A DNA stretch of 64,000 nt from NCBI GenBank assembly GCA_963693365.1, contig CAVNZM010000007.1:1-64000 (forward strand), in the 5' to 3' direction. The position numbers were made by a program, and so were the translations under genes. The DNA is from Amoebidium appalachense. Lineage: Eukaryota > Protista > Ichthyosporea. Shown in pieces: positions 30,655 through 49,202 of this stretch (its first letter is position 1; each line of letters opens with the position of its first letter). A model generated the notes under the pieces. It worked only from the letters and a program-made list of their open reading frames with translations. It was not told the DNA's origin and made no database searches.

Positions 30655-31648
30655 ATGCATGTGTGTTTCTGTGCCCTTAGGCCCAAGCCAGCTGTCGTGT
30701 GCATGTCGGCATGCATGTGTGCCTGCCATTCTTGTGCACGTGCAGCTGCCAGCATGTGAGCACATACTCGTCCAGGCGGTAGATCTTCTCGCTGTGCACA
30801 CTCTCCTCCAGCAGCTTGCTTGTGTTCTTGTTCTCGGCCGCAAGCACGATGCCCTCGGGGCACAGCACACCCAGGCACGTGCCTGCGTGGCTGATGGCCT
30901 CCATGGCATACTCCACCTGGTACAGCCGCCCTGCACAACGTGTCAATCAAAGTCCCCACGTGCATGGGTAAAAAAAGGACACACAGCCACAGACGTATAG
31001 CAAAACCTATATATGGCACATGGTTGCCATGCATGGCACACATGTTAGTGTGAACATACACAATGGTACACTCCTACTGAATACAGTGTGCAGTCCCAGT
31101 TCCTCCACACCTCCTCATTTTCTTTAAGAACATGTGCCCCGATGTGCCCCCCCCCCCCCCCCCCCTCTTCTCAACCACCACCACCACCACCACTACCACC
31201 AAAAAAAAAAATTGGACCTTGGTGATCTGCCAGCTACCCACATGACTGGGCATAGCATTAATACACATTCTCGCAAGTTAAAGGGGGTTTCTTTTAGGTT
31301 TTCGGGCCGGGCCGGGTCAGAGGGAATTCTAGCTATATGATTGGCGTGCTGTGCATCAGCTGCGCACCTTCGTTTTGCCCGCAGCAAGGTTCAAATGCGC
31401 CTTAATACAACAAAAAAGAAAAAGAAATTAGAGGGGAAAAAAATGAAGAAGGGAATAACAATAATAAAGTGTTACGAAGAAATTGCAGTTCATATCGTGA
31501 TTTATATGCTGAACAAATGGCTTGACCCGGATGTGCTGGAATGGGGACAGTTAATCGGCCTAAAAGAAACCCCCTTTGAAATCCCGAACGCACCAAATGG
31601 AGAAGGTTATATACCACACAGGCATCCTTGCATGGAGCTTCCCCCCCC

Positions 31649-31679
<31 letters not shown>

Positions 31680-31873
31680 ACCATGCCTTCCCCTCTCCCC
31701 TGGCAAAAAGAGAACTAACTCTCCCTCTTCTTCTCCCTCTTCCTCATCCTCTCCCTTGTCTATTTTGCACCCTACCCCTCCCCCCCCCCCCCCCCCTTCT
31801 CACACACACACACCTCTCGCCTCCCTTGCTCCCCTCCCTCCTTCCCTCTTTGTCTTCCACTTCTCCCCCCTTC

Positions 31874-31932
<59 letters not shown>

Positions 31933-33247
31933 ACCACCACCACCGAGAACACATGCACCACCTAGCCGCCACCTAGCCCGACAGCAGCAAACGTCCCCAT
32001 CGACGTAGCCCCCCCCCCCCCCCCGCTCCCCTTCAGCCACACCCACAGACATGCCTCTTATCCCCTTCCCCCTTCCTGCTCCCAAACAACTAAACACACT
32101 CTCTTCCCCTCCTTTATCCCTTGTCCTGATCCCAGGTATGGTAAAATGATACCTCTCTCTCTCTCTCTTTCTCTCTTCCCCCCTGCCAACCCCCCCCTCC
32201 CCCCCCCCCCCCCTCTCTCTCTCTCCCCCCCCCCCCATTTCAATATGACTGTGTGAGGGTATGTGTGTATCCTTGGGAGAGGGGGGGGGGGGGGGTCTAC
32301 AGATTATAAAAGAATAGCTTAAGTCTTTCCTTTCTCGCAATCACCGTGGGTGGGTTTAGGCAAAAGGGGGGCGCTAACCTTCCGGGGAGAATATTGTAGT
32401 TCGTGTATCGTATCTGCGAGACTGCAACCCACCCCCCGGTCAAAAAGGGTCCGGCACCACCCAGGACCCAGGGCCAACGCCTCAAAAACTACCCGTATAT
32501 GCACATTCCACATCCTGCACGCAGTCAAAGCATACTACACCCCGGACATTCAGCCTACGATCCCTTTCCACAAATCCTCGCCCTAACCTAGGAAGTTACT
32601 TGTTCTCTCGCCCGTTGACCGACAACTAATGAACACGGATGCCTTTAAGTGCCCATAAAAATCCTGCCCAGCATACCCTACTTTTCCTACTCGACATGGA
32701 AGCATCACACACCTGCACCAGTCATGAACAGAGACATAGCAACTGCCTGCAAAACGGTGCAAACACAAAGCACGGGCACATGCTTCGGTCAGATGAAGTG
32801 CATAGACCCGTCAAACAGCAAGATGCAAAGGGTCTCTCCGTGTGCCCCCTTATAAACGGGCAACTTCCCCATTTTTTAAGGTAAACGTTTGACCCATACC
32901 CTATTTCAATGACCACGACTTCCTCTCCCCAGCCCTTTTTTTGGGCCAGAGTCTGTATGCAAATAACAGAACACACACAAATGCACCTCACACAAAAAAC
33001 TGCTTAGCGCACAAGGAGTGATATATGTTGTGCTAACCCCAAAGCCTCCTTCTTTCCACAGGTAACACACTTTCTGCCTTCGTTTTTCACTTCCGCTGGA
33101 TCTAGTGCCAGTGCCTGTGCCACACGCCAAACAACCCTTCCCCCCTCAAGAACACCGTTATTGCTCGTCATTCAACCCCCTCCACCCCCCCCCCCCCCCC
33201 ACACACACACACACACACACATACACATCCCCCAAACCCCCTCCCCT

Positions 33248-33311
<64 letters not shown>

Positions 33312-33443
33312 ACAGACACACACAATCTTTTCCCCTTCTCCCTCTCTCCCCACACTGAAAGACACACAATGAGTGCTGTTGAAAACCTTAAATCATGACC
33401 AAGGCATGAAGCATGAAATTATTCAAGTAACAAAACATACCAT
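26702..33443 (-). CDS. PSMA4: 20S proteasome subunit alpha-3, 7 coding exons (33443-33441, 32421-32379, 30930-30768, 29741-29575, 28552-28422, 28024-27904, 26835-26702)
   Basis: M|[15 protein letters not shown]|[16 protein letters not shown]...[17 protein letters not shown]...[14 protein letters not shown]...[15 protein letters not shown]...; Kozak GCCACCATG followed directly by donor gtatgt; TAA stop. Confidence 0.97.
27170..27670. repeat. Compound satellite built from tgtgccca / tgtgcctgcc(t/c)a units in PSMA4 last intron
   Basis: Visible 8/12/20-bp periodicity. Confidence 0.9.
30072..30255 (-). repeat. Intronic structured repeat family, copy E (PSMA4 intron), with the best-preserved hammerhead-like core
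   Basis: Minus strand: tatctgagtt-gggttttg-ttgatgag-gtgaatgggt-cgaaac-tcgggta...gaggatgggctctgct...gcgtacttcgtactttatgacacattc. Confidence 0.75.
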
Positions 33444-33628
33444 GGTGGCGTGTGTGTCTGTGCAACGAACGGGGTGAGTGTTGGCTGCCTGTCGACGGGG
33501 AGGGAGAGAGTTGTCTATTTACAGCGCCAAAAGCTTGTCCAAAAAGCTAGTGAGGCCTAAGGCGTGTTCAGGAAGCACAAATGATCTACGCTCTACTCTA
33601 TACAATACAAAACCGGCTACTCTCTGGT
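33444..33628. promoter_or_regulatory. Putative bidirectional promoter between PSMA4 and the small membrane-protein gene
   Basis: Divergent ATGs at 33443 (-) and 33629 (+), separated by 185 bp. Confidence 0.5.
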
Positions 33629-34736
33629 ATGTTCGAATGTTTGCTTTGTGTTCTCCGACGTCTCTCTCCTTCTCACTCCCTCATAAAGTTTTCCGCTTGC
33701 CGCGGTAGGTTTGTTTTTTCTGTCTGCCAGAAATGATGACGTGTACAACTTTTTGAAGTATTTACGGGTCGGGTCAGAGTTCCGGTTCAGGTCAGAAAGT
33801 ACAGGTCCTTATTGATTGGCTGTAGCAGCACCATTCTGTTACGCAAAATATAGATCTCTGGTGCGTCGACGCCGTCGACCGAGCGCATGCATGCGTGCCG
33901 GGGCTGCACGATGTTTGGGTTTTCAAAGAGAGCACAGTCAGGACGTGCCAGTCTAGGATCATATTTATATTAGCTCGTGAGTATACGTTGCCTACACGCA
34001 CACACATGTACGGATAGCTACTCTTCAAGCACGCACACTGCAACGTGAAGCACTTACTTCTCGCTCAACAGAAAAAAGTCTGGGTATCTGGTTTAGTGCT
34101 CGTGGTAGTTTGAGTGGCCCGGAACTCACACTTGCCTTTGGTGAGTTTTTTGGACTTGCTTGAGATTAACAATACCCACCGTTTCTACACCGGCTTGCCA
34201 GCCAAACATCAACGCTGTCACCATCAGACAGTCTTCATAGTGTCACACGCCAGGCAGCCATGTTTATGTTGCACCGCCACACAGGTCCCTCACCGTTTCT
34301 TCGGGTAGGGCGGGCGACATTCAGCACCACTCCCCCACCGAGCCCACCACGGCCTAGCAAACTAGTGCCCGTGCTTGGCTTTGTACTGTTTCTCCTTACG
34401 GCCGAGCTCTATGTGCAGCGCGGGCGGCACCTCAAGGACGAGCAGAAGGCACTGGGCACGCGGCAGGCCACCCGCCACGAGCTGAGTGCGCTGCAGGCAG
34501 AGGCCGCCACCTACAAGGCCCTGCTCGGTTCGGGGCCCGAGGGCGTAGTGGGCCGGTTGGTGGCACGGGTCGAGGGTCGTGCGGACGTGCGGGCACACAG
34601 ACAGCTGAGCCTGGACGCACTAAGGGAGGAGCTGAAGGGGTTGCTGGCTGACTGCACAGGGTTGGACCAAACCGTACAGGCCCCAAGGGTCGAGCAGAGG
34701 AGGGAGGTGGCCCCAAGCACAAAGGTGCTGTACTGA
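33629..34736 (+). CDS. Uncharacterised ~198-aa protein: Arg/Ser-rich presequence-like N-terminus, one TM segment, coiled coil (exons 33629-33704, 34072-34140, 34285-34736)
   Basis: Phase-consistent GT-AG introns give MFECLLCVLRRLSPSHSLIKFSACR-EKSLGIWFSARGS...-GPSPFLRVGRATFSTT...LVPVLGFVLFLLTAELYV...; mitochondrial targeting is an inference. Confidence 0.65.
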
Positions 34737-35647
34737 AACATAGGCGGTACCGTACCAGTCCATGGGCTAAGACCCTGCATGCAATTACCTGCCCTGCAAG
34801 CCACATGCTAGGTTTCCAAGAACACGGTGTGGGAGTATAGCATGCATCAACGAATGAATTGTGCTTACAAGAAAAACAAGGGCTCAGAATCCACAAATAA
34901 AGTAGCTCGGCGAAACTTTGTTTGCATACGTCACACCCGTCCCTCACCATCGCGTATTATCCATGTCACCAGACAAACGAATGCTGTTGTTAGTAAAACC
35001 CATAGCAACACTTAACTGCAGACATATGCACCTCACCAGGAAAGGGAGACACGCTCTGAAACGCGTGAAGGTGTCTTTCATTTATATGTAATGCCAGAGT
35101 GTTGTCTCCTGATGGCTCTCGATTAGTCATACCTGGGGAACACCTTCAAGGTGGCATAATAGGCGGTACGTGCACTGGCTGTATTATAACTGTGCATTAT
35201 AATTCTTGGCATCCACAACTTCGTTTCGACTCATTTCGTGAATCAATAAAACTTAGTAATTGAAAGGGGTGCAATGACTGGCTGTTTCGCACTGAGAATG
35301 GTGGCGTAAACTTGATGATGGACATTCGAGCTGTGTAAGCTACGCGAATATCGAAGTTTGCATGACACATATATTAGCTGGTCACGGTATATGTCTCTGG
35401 CTGTGCCACAAGACCAACCCTGAGACCAGGTGTCAGCATACCAGTGCAGGCAACATCACGCATTGTGCCCGTGCTAGCACTAGGCATGCTGTGGTGTAAA
35501 CTTACTTGGCCACCTCCACCCTTGAGGTGCACACACACGCACGGGTCAAGTTGTGCCAGGGTTTAAACCCTAACCCTGTAATTTCAACTAAGTCTTACCC
35601 TGTACCTGAAGTGTGTGCGTGGGTGCGTGTGTGTGTGGCTTTTGGGG

Positions 35648-35681
<34 letters not shown>

Positions 35682-36405
35682 AGGCCACGTTCAAAGCCAG
35701 GTCGATCGCGACCCAAAAGCGCCCGACATGTATGCGCCGGCACCCAACTTGTGACAAAGTTTGCATGTGTGATACTGTATTTGTGTAGGTCTGTGTGTGT
35801 GGGTTGGGCTGAGGGGAGGTGGGGATGGTAAACACCGTCCATGCCTACAAATTAGGTGCAAGTGAAAAGGTAGAGTGTGTGCGCGTGTGTGCGTGTGTGT
35901 GTGGGAGTGTGCGTGCGTGCGTGCATGTGTGTGTGTGTGTGTATGTGTGTGTGTGGGAGTGTGCGCGCGTGCGTGTGTGTCTGTACGTGTGTGTGAAAGG
36001 GAAGCGGGGAATATGGACAGCCATGCACTTTAGTGAACTGTGTCATTAATTCTAAACGGCTATGCCCCCAGCGGCCAGGGGTGTGTCCCACAGAGACCAG
36101 ATTCTGCCCGATACGATGCTACGGTGTATAATAATGCGCATACAGGCCATTTATGTGTGTCTGTGTACACATGTCACAGTGTGTGTTCGTGCGTGTGTAC
36201 TGTGTACGTGCACATTTCTGAGTGTGTACTGTGTACGTGCACATTTCTCTACTTCGTCAGCTGAAACTAGAAACATCAACACCTCTGGTAATATCATTTA
36301 ACGGTAACGACTACGATTACGACTATTCCACATACACGTATCTCTTGCTAGCTACCCCACCTCCACACCACTCTCTCTACTCCTCCCACGTGTGTGTGCA
36401 CGTGC

Positions 36406-41917
<5,512 letters not shown>

Positions 41918-44151
41918 AGTGCCTGCTGCAGCACTCGTCAGTGGCAGGCACGGGGGCACGTGCACGTCGACAGGCGCACACACGAACTGGCACTAGGGCA
42001 CGCATGCATATAGTTCAAAAACAAACGCGCACAGATTACAAGGCATGAACGCAGGCAGAGCTCTTACGGTGATAGTTGCACACGCACCACGTCCAACAGA
42101 ATGGCTGTTGAAAACAACACTGTTACATAGTTCACACACCCTCTCTGCTCTATGGGTTTGCAGATGCAGTAGTGGGAACGCAAGAACCTCAGCGTGCATC
42201 AGATCAGAAAGGTCCCTGCTACACGCAGGCACAAAGACGCAAACGGACGCATAGGTCTACACAATCCTTGCTCCCCGGGTTCACTCGAACGGCTTCGCCC
42301 TTGCCGAAACCCCGGCCACCAAGCGTGCTCTCAACCTTGGCAACCACCCTGAAAGACATAATCACCAAGCGTCTGCACTAACCATCCTCTGCATTATATA
42401 AATTACATGAACCCCTTCAACTCACTTTCTATATAAGCAGTAAGGGTGAGGTGTCGGTGTTCAGAGGGCAAGTCTGTGCCTTGTTCTCCGTTAAAAACGC
42501 GTGGTGTGGTCTGGCGGCGGTAAACAAACGCAGAAATTTATAACGACCTTCCGAATGCCTTTTATGGTCGGACAGCTGAAAAGGAGGGGGGCAAATAGTT
42601 GTGGTATCCACCGCGTTGGCAACTTGGCATGCCTCGCCCACACATGCCTCTGGTTTATATCTTTTAAATGCGCCAGCTCCACACTCCTGCTCGATATAAA
42701 TAATTGACACACCTGCAATTATGCGTAAATAGAGCGCATTTCTTTTAGTGAAGAGCAATTATTCTGTTCTTGACTGCACGTTTTACTGAATGGTGGTGTT
42801 GCATGCCGCGCAGACCACAGATCTTGGGTCACGTTGGGTGATAAACAAAACTGCAACACGCCTCTAATTCAGGGAAATAGCGGAATCTGGTTGGTTATTA
42901 CTACGGTGATCTTTTTTTATTCCTACCAATGAAAAGCCTTGACTGCTCATGAATTTCAAACCCTGAAGTTGTTTTTTTCAACTGAAATAAATCATCTTCT
43001 AAAAATGTGTCATATATAAAGTTGTTTTTCTCTGTTATTTATTAGACAGCATGTATAGGTTATAGCATATGCATGCCTCTTTCTTCATAGTATGAAATAC
43101 AGTCACATCCTTCTCTACCTGGAAATGCCCTACCAGCCTAGATCTTCTCCCTTTTTTTAACCCTTTTTTTTTCCTGTCCCACAATCAAACCACACTTGCC
43201 TTCTGTGCGCATATATAAAGTCTCTGCCGCGGTAAGTTGATGCGGGGATGATCTTGGCTGGTGCTGGGCTAGGCCTTCAAAGCCTAGGACGCCTAGCGGC
43301 GTAGCAGTTCGATTCTGCCTTCTCCGCGTACCCTCCCTTTTTTTTGCTTCTGCTTTTTCTCGTTAACTTGTTTCTTTTGTCCCCAACTGGCATCATATGG
43401 CATGGCCTCCCATGTATGCAGACACATTTCATGTGGACTTTGTGACCTGCAGGGTTCACGATCCTTTACCCATGGCCACCATCACGACTGCAATGCCCAC
43501 TTCGCTGGGCCATGGGCCCATGGCTCATGCATCCCGATTCCCATGGCTTCCAAAATTCGGTGCCGGTTGTACGACCTTCATACGCCGCACCTCTGCACAA
43601 CCCTATCTCAACATTTAACGGTTAAAACATGTACTGTTATGCCTGCACGCCGCAGGCACACAGAGTGGTCGAAGGGAACTGCTGACAGGTGGCACATGTG
43701 CTGCAGACACGTGTCTACCGTCACAGTGCAATATTAATACATGTGATTCGGACATGTCTCGGTGTACATCGGCTCACTGGACACTTCACTCACGAGTCCA
43801 CGGTGGTGGGGCATCTCCCTTCCCCCCCACCTCTCCCCCGCCCTTCCCCCTCTATCCACACCTACCTTCTCTCCCCCCCCCCCCCCCCCCCCCCCCCTCC
43901 CCCCTCCCCTCAACCCCCTCCCCCTTGATCCAACCACGACTTCCACACCACCCGGTTGAAAAGAAGTGACAAGTTGTAAGACTTCAACTCCTCCTCCACC
44001 AGCAGCGCTAGCCACACAGTGTCACCTGCTTGCCCTCGTAATGTTTGACACGCCACATACACAGACAAAAGCAAATAAATGGCCAATCACATACATACAT
44101 TGTCAATTTAGCTATAGAAACAAAGTTCACTTCAGCAAATGAACCCGTCAC

Positions 44152-44190
<39 letters not shown>

Positions 44191-44450
44191 ACCCCCCCCC
44201 CCACCCCCCCGGGATGATTCTGCAGTACGAATAAGGCTTCATAAAAGGCTCAAAACAACCCCATCCCCCCCACCCTTCCCCGGGGCACTCAGGGCACATG
44301 TGGACAGTACACCAGTGCCTTGTATGTCACAGTCAATGAGAGTGTATCGGGATTTTTGAATTTGAACTGGGGGATGGGGGGCAGAGGGAGGGGGGGGGGG
44401 GGGGGGGAGCATTAAATGTCGAAGTGACCGTCCCCACTGGTGGAACCCTC

Positions 44451-44482
<32 letters not shown>

Positions 44483-44999
44483 CGGCCTCCTCCCCCCCCC
44501 TCCTCCTCCGGGGCCCGGGGGGAACCACCTCCTCCACGGGTTGGGTGAATCCCTCCCCAAGGTAGCAGCAGAGGTGGGTGCCTCCCCCCCCCTCCCCCCC
44601 CTCCCCCCTTCCCCCTCTCCCCCGGGGCCCCGTGCCACGGTACGAGTGATGGCAGAGTCTCTTTCGATCAATTCCCACGGTGACCCACTAAAGGCTGTAT
44701 TCGTTACGGTCAACCATAACCTATATTAAACAGTTATGAATAAATGCACGTGCTACGTGCCCTTGCAGTGTTCGTGACTGTGTGTGTGTGTGGCCATAGG
44801 GAGGAATGTGTGTGTGTGTGGTGTGTGTGGGTGTGTAGCTGCATGTTGATGCATGTGTCTGTGTGCAGCGCTGGTTCGTGCACCTCATGTGCCTGTGTGG
44901 TACATGTTGTGTGTGCAGGTACGTGTGTGCATATAGACGAGTATACGTGTGCCTGTGTTTGCGCCCGCGCTGGCTAGTCCCGCCCAGGCCCGCGAAGCT

Positions 45000-45037
<38 letters not shown>

Positions 45038-45275
45038 GGGGGGTGCTCGAGCATATGACCGGACGGTGTACAGGGCTGGGCTAAAAGATTCTAGCGCTAG
45101 TAATTATGGAAAATTTAAGATTCTGGCTAGGGTAGCCCCACGGCACCGATGAAAATTAATATTTTTCCTCAGTGCCCTTGTGGGCCAAGGGGTTCTGGCT
45201 TTAGGATTCTACCTGGCTACGGCCAAAATTCACGTAAATCTTATGTTCAGCCTACCATGTAGCCATCTGGGGAAA

Positions 45276-45313
<38 letters not shown>

Positions 45314-46435
45314 CTCGAGAGGGAGACCGACAGTGTTTAAGGGGGAGGGGGGGGGGGGGGGGACCAAAGTTTCCACTAGCCCCTTCCCCTATTCTAAATC
45401 AAGCCTCGCGTCATCCCTATGTATGACGTGTGAAACACGCAGAGGGAGACTTGGTGGGGGGGGGGAAGGGGGGTGTTGCTATTGCTACTACCGTTCCAGA
45501 TGCTTCCAGGAATTCCTGTGACAGTCCGTTCTGAGGTTTGGTCCAGGTGCAGGGGATTGGTTTTTCTTATAGGAGCTAAACTTAAGAAGGCGCCCTAAGC
45601 TGCCTTCCTATTAAGTAATAAGGCGCCATAAGCTGCCTTCCTATAAAAGCGCCAGCACATGAGAGCCAACATATAGTCCCTTGGTTTTACCTTCCTAACT
45701 CACTTGAACCGGGAGAGAGGAGGGGCTGAAGGGGAGGAGGCGGGGCGGGGCGGGGGGGGGGGGGGGGGGGAAGGGGGGGGGGGGGGAGGGGGGGGGGGGG
45801 GGGGGGGGGGCTAGGCTGGGGGGCTGGGGGGCTGGCGGCCTGATTAGTGCCTGCATTTTATGCATGAGGGCTGGAGCTGGCCCACTGATATTATTTGGCC
45901 GATAGAAGATTTCTTATCGAGCATGTATTCATAGTCACTTGAAATAGGCAGAGCATTCGTGCAGCCAGAACTATTAATCGCTCAACATTGTGTGCCATGT
46001 TTTGAGCGCCCAGGGAGCCGGCCTAGTGAAAAAGTTGCCTTTTGCAAAACTTTCATGTGTCTGCCCCCCTCCCCCCCCTCCCCCCCCCCCCCCCCCCCCC
46101 CCCTCCCCCCTCTTCCCTTCCCCGCTTCCCCCCTCTCCCCTAACCTATCACCCACCCTCTCGCACCCTAATAGCAACTACCACATGGAGGGGCATGAATG
46201 GTTGCACAAAGGGAGAATGGGAGAGACAGGTGGATTTATTTGTGACCTTGAGAGTAATGTGTGCACACAAGAGAAGGGGAATGGGGGGGGGGGGGGGGAG
46301 GGGGGGGGGGGGGGGGTTGTGCAGGTGAACCCAAAAAGGCCTAGTAATGATTTCCCTCTTAGATGGTTAGGTTTTTGGTGCACATAAGAATCTGAATCCA
46401 TTGCAAGTTCAAATGCACAAACATGAACCACCGTG

Positions 46436-46572
46436 CTAGATTATACAAAGCCCGGGGCACCTATGCCTATGCTCCATCATGTATTTTAGATTATCGTATC
46501 TAACCACGAGGACTAGATTATACAAAGCCCGGGGCTCCTATGCCTATGCTCCATCATGTATTTTAGATTATC
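46436..46572. repeat. ~77-bp-period tandem duplication
   Basis: ctagattatacaaagcccggggc.cctatgcctatgctccatcatgtattttagattatc occurs twice. Confidence 0.9.
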
Positions 46573-47130
46573 TAAGAAGACGGTGGATACTGGCACCCCC
46601 TGAACTTCACCTTGGCTGATTTGTATTGGGTGCTCAAGAATCGCACATCAGTTCAGACGAGTAGATGTAACTGTGGCTACAGCTATACAATAACATATGA
46701 ACCAATCGGATACGAGAAGATTACCACCATAAACGGCAGGGATCATGAGGTTTAGCCGTTACAGGTTAGTTGGGGCTTAACGGCTATATAGCCACAGCTT
46801 TCTTAATTGCACCTCGTGATATAGCAAATGCCTAAAAAGGCTAATGCCATGTACATGCCAAGCCAACCATTTGCTCGGGGACACCAGCACAGTTGAGATA
46901 TGGCCGACCAATCAGTGGCGGCCACACTGTCGTGTCACGTGTCAATAACACGCATTATAAAGAAAAAGTATTGACGTCAGGTGGGAAAAGACCTGGTAGG
47001 AGGGGGGAGGGGGGGGGGGGGGGGGGGGGATAAAAAGAGCCGGCAGTGTTCGGTTTTCAGATCATGATTGGGAAGGCAAACTCGTCTTTTGGAAAATGGC
47101 CAAAACCCTTTCCGAAAGCCACGGGGGGCT

Positions 47131-47165
<35 letters not shown>

Positions 47166-47282
47166 TTTATGTGGCCACTGGTTAGTAATCTGGTTAGGGA
47201 AGGTGAGGTGGGACATTATCATCTAATGCAATAGCGCAAGTTGGAGCCCAAGGCAGGGAGAGTGTGGAAGGAGGGGGAGGGG

Positions 47283-47318
<36 letters not shown>

Positions 47319-47385
47319 AGCGTGGACTTCCACTGCTGCTATGCGCGACAGGCCCTTGTGGATGGTCTCGGGCAAAGAGCTATGG

Positions 47386-47529
47386 ATATAGCTCATAATG
47401 CATGTGGGTATATAGCTCATAATGCATGTGGGTATATAGCTCATAATGCATGTGGGTATATAGCTCGTAATGCATGTGGGTATATAGCTCATAATGCATG
47501 TGGGTATATAGCTCATAATGCATGTGGGT
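47386..47529. repeat. 24-bp minisatellite (tatagctcataatgcatgtgggta) x6
   Basis: Exact period visible. Confidence 0.95.
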
Positions 47530-48283
47530 GTGTGTGGGGTGGCCATCGGTGTGCATAAAGGGTGACCCGGAAGGTGGGGTGTGTGCAGGTATAGCACTCG
47601 TGTGTGTCCGTGAGGGGAGGGGAAGGGGGGTGCATGAGGAGGCACACTGCTTGTGTGCGTGTGTTTTATGTGTGTGGGTGTATTTGTGCATAGTGTTATT
47701 TGTGCTTATCCTTGACGTGTTTTTTATCCCAACACAAGTTTGTGCGGGTGTGCATAATCTCTGGGTCAGGTCCCACGTACAGCACAAGGTGAGGGTTCTC
47801 TAAACGCTTCACATTCATGTGTTTGAGTTGCCAAATATGGTAGTTGCACTAAAAATTGGCCACACGTGATATTTGAGTTGCCATATATGACAGGTGCACT
47901 GCATTTCGGCCACAGGCCGTGGAATAACTACAATGGCTCAGGGCATTTGATTGGTTGCCACCAGTGGCTGACCTGCCCTCCCCCCCCCTCCACCCCTTCC
48001 ACCCATCTCTACACATGACAGTTATACCCCCCCCCCCCCCCCCCTCCCCCCCCTCCCCCCCCCCCCCGGCCCTCAACACGCACACACCGAAAAGTTCTCT
48101 GTAACCCACACAACATGTTCCTTCTTTCAGCCAGTCGTGCTGTGTGGGTCGATTCATACGTGCTGGTCGCAACTTGCATCTGGTCTTCTTAAATGTGCCC
48201 AGACAATTACTATAGCCACTGTAATTCACCAGTAGCAATGAACTAAATATTAACAAGGCTTACTGCCATTGGCTGTGCATCTT

Positions 48284-49163
48284 TTATGCTGCTCTTGATG
48301 TGGGGGGAACCCTCTGACTTGCCCTGATTGGTGGCCTCTCAGTAGCCACAGCCTCATCAAAATCAAAACTCGTGTTTGAGTTGACGTTAGGTACGGGACT
48401 AAGAGTCAGGGGGGATGCCACACTGCCCCTTGCCCCGTCCACGATATCAGCCGTGGGGCCCTGGGGGCCAGCAACGAGCACCCTGAGGTCTGCTTTGATT
48501 CGCTGCTTGTGTTCGGACGCTGTGATTGGTGCCCAGTTGGTCTCCACAAACTCCATGGCGGACTTAGCCGTGAGCCTTCTGGAAGCATCCACGGCCAGCA
48601 TGCCCCTGAGCAGTGACAGCTGCACGGCCCCTAGCCGGCACCATGGGAAGTGGCTGAAGTCCCCCTCGAGGTATTTGCGGAACTCGGCGCTCCGCTGTGT
48701 GGCCTCGGCCCATGGGAACCGTCCACATAGCATACAGAACAGGACCTGGGAGGTTTGTGGGGGGGAAGGGAGGGTTAGGATATTATAATGGACAGGCCAT
48801 GAAAGGGTTGTGGGGAAAATAAAAAGGGGGCAATGTATTGTGGTCAAAACACGCACGGATCGTGGGATTCAGGGGAAGGGGGGAAGGGGGGTAGGGGAGG
48901 TGGGGCTGTTTGTGAGATTTACCTGTTACCCTGCTTGGGCGTTTACCTGTAGAAGTTGCTAAATGGTGGACGCGTGATTTGTGATGGATGGGTGGATGGA
49001 TATGGGTGTTTTTTTCCCCGAGAGAAATGGTGGTGGTGGTGTGGGAGGGGGGGGGCAGGGGGGGACGGGGGGGGACTGCAACATAAAGGTTGTGTCCAGG
49101 TCACTTGTGTATCTAGGTAGTGGATAGGAAGTGCATGATGATGGTGGTGAGTAGGGGTGTGTG

Positions 49164-49202
<39 letters not shown>

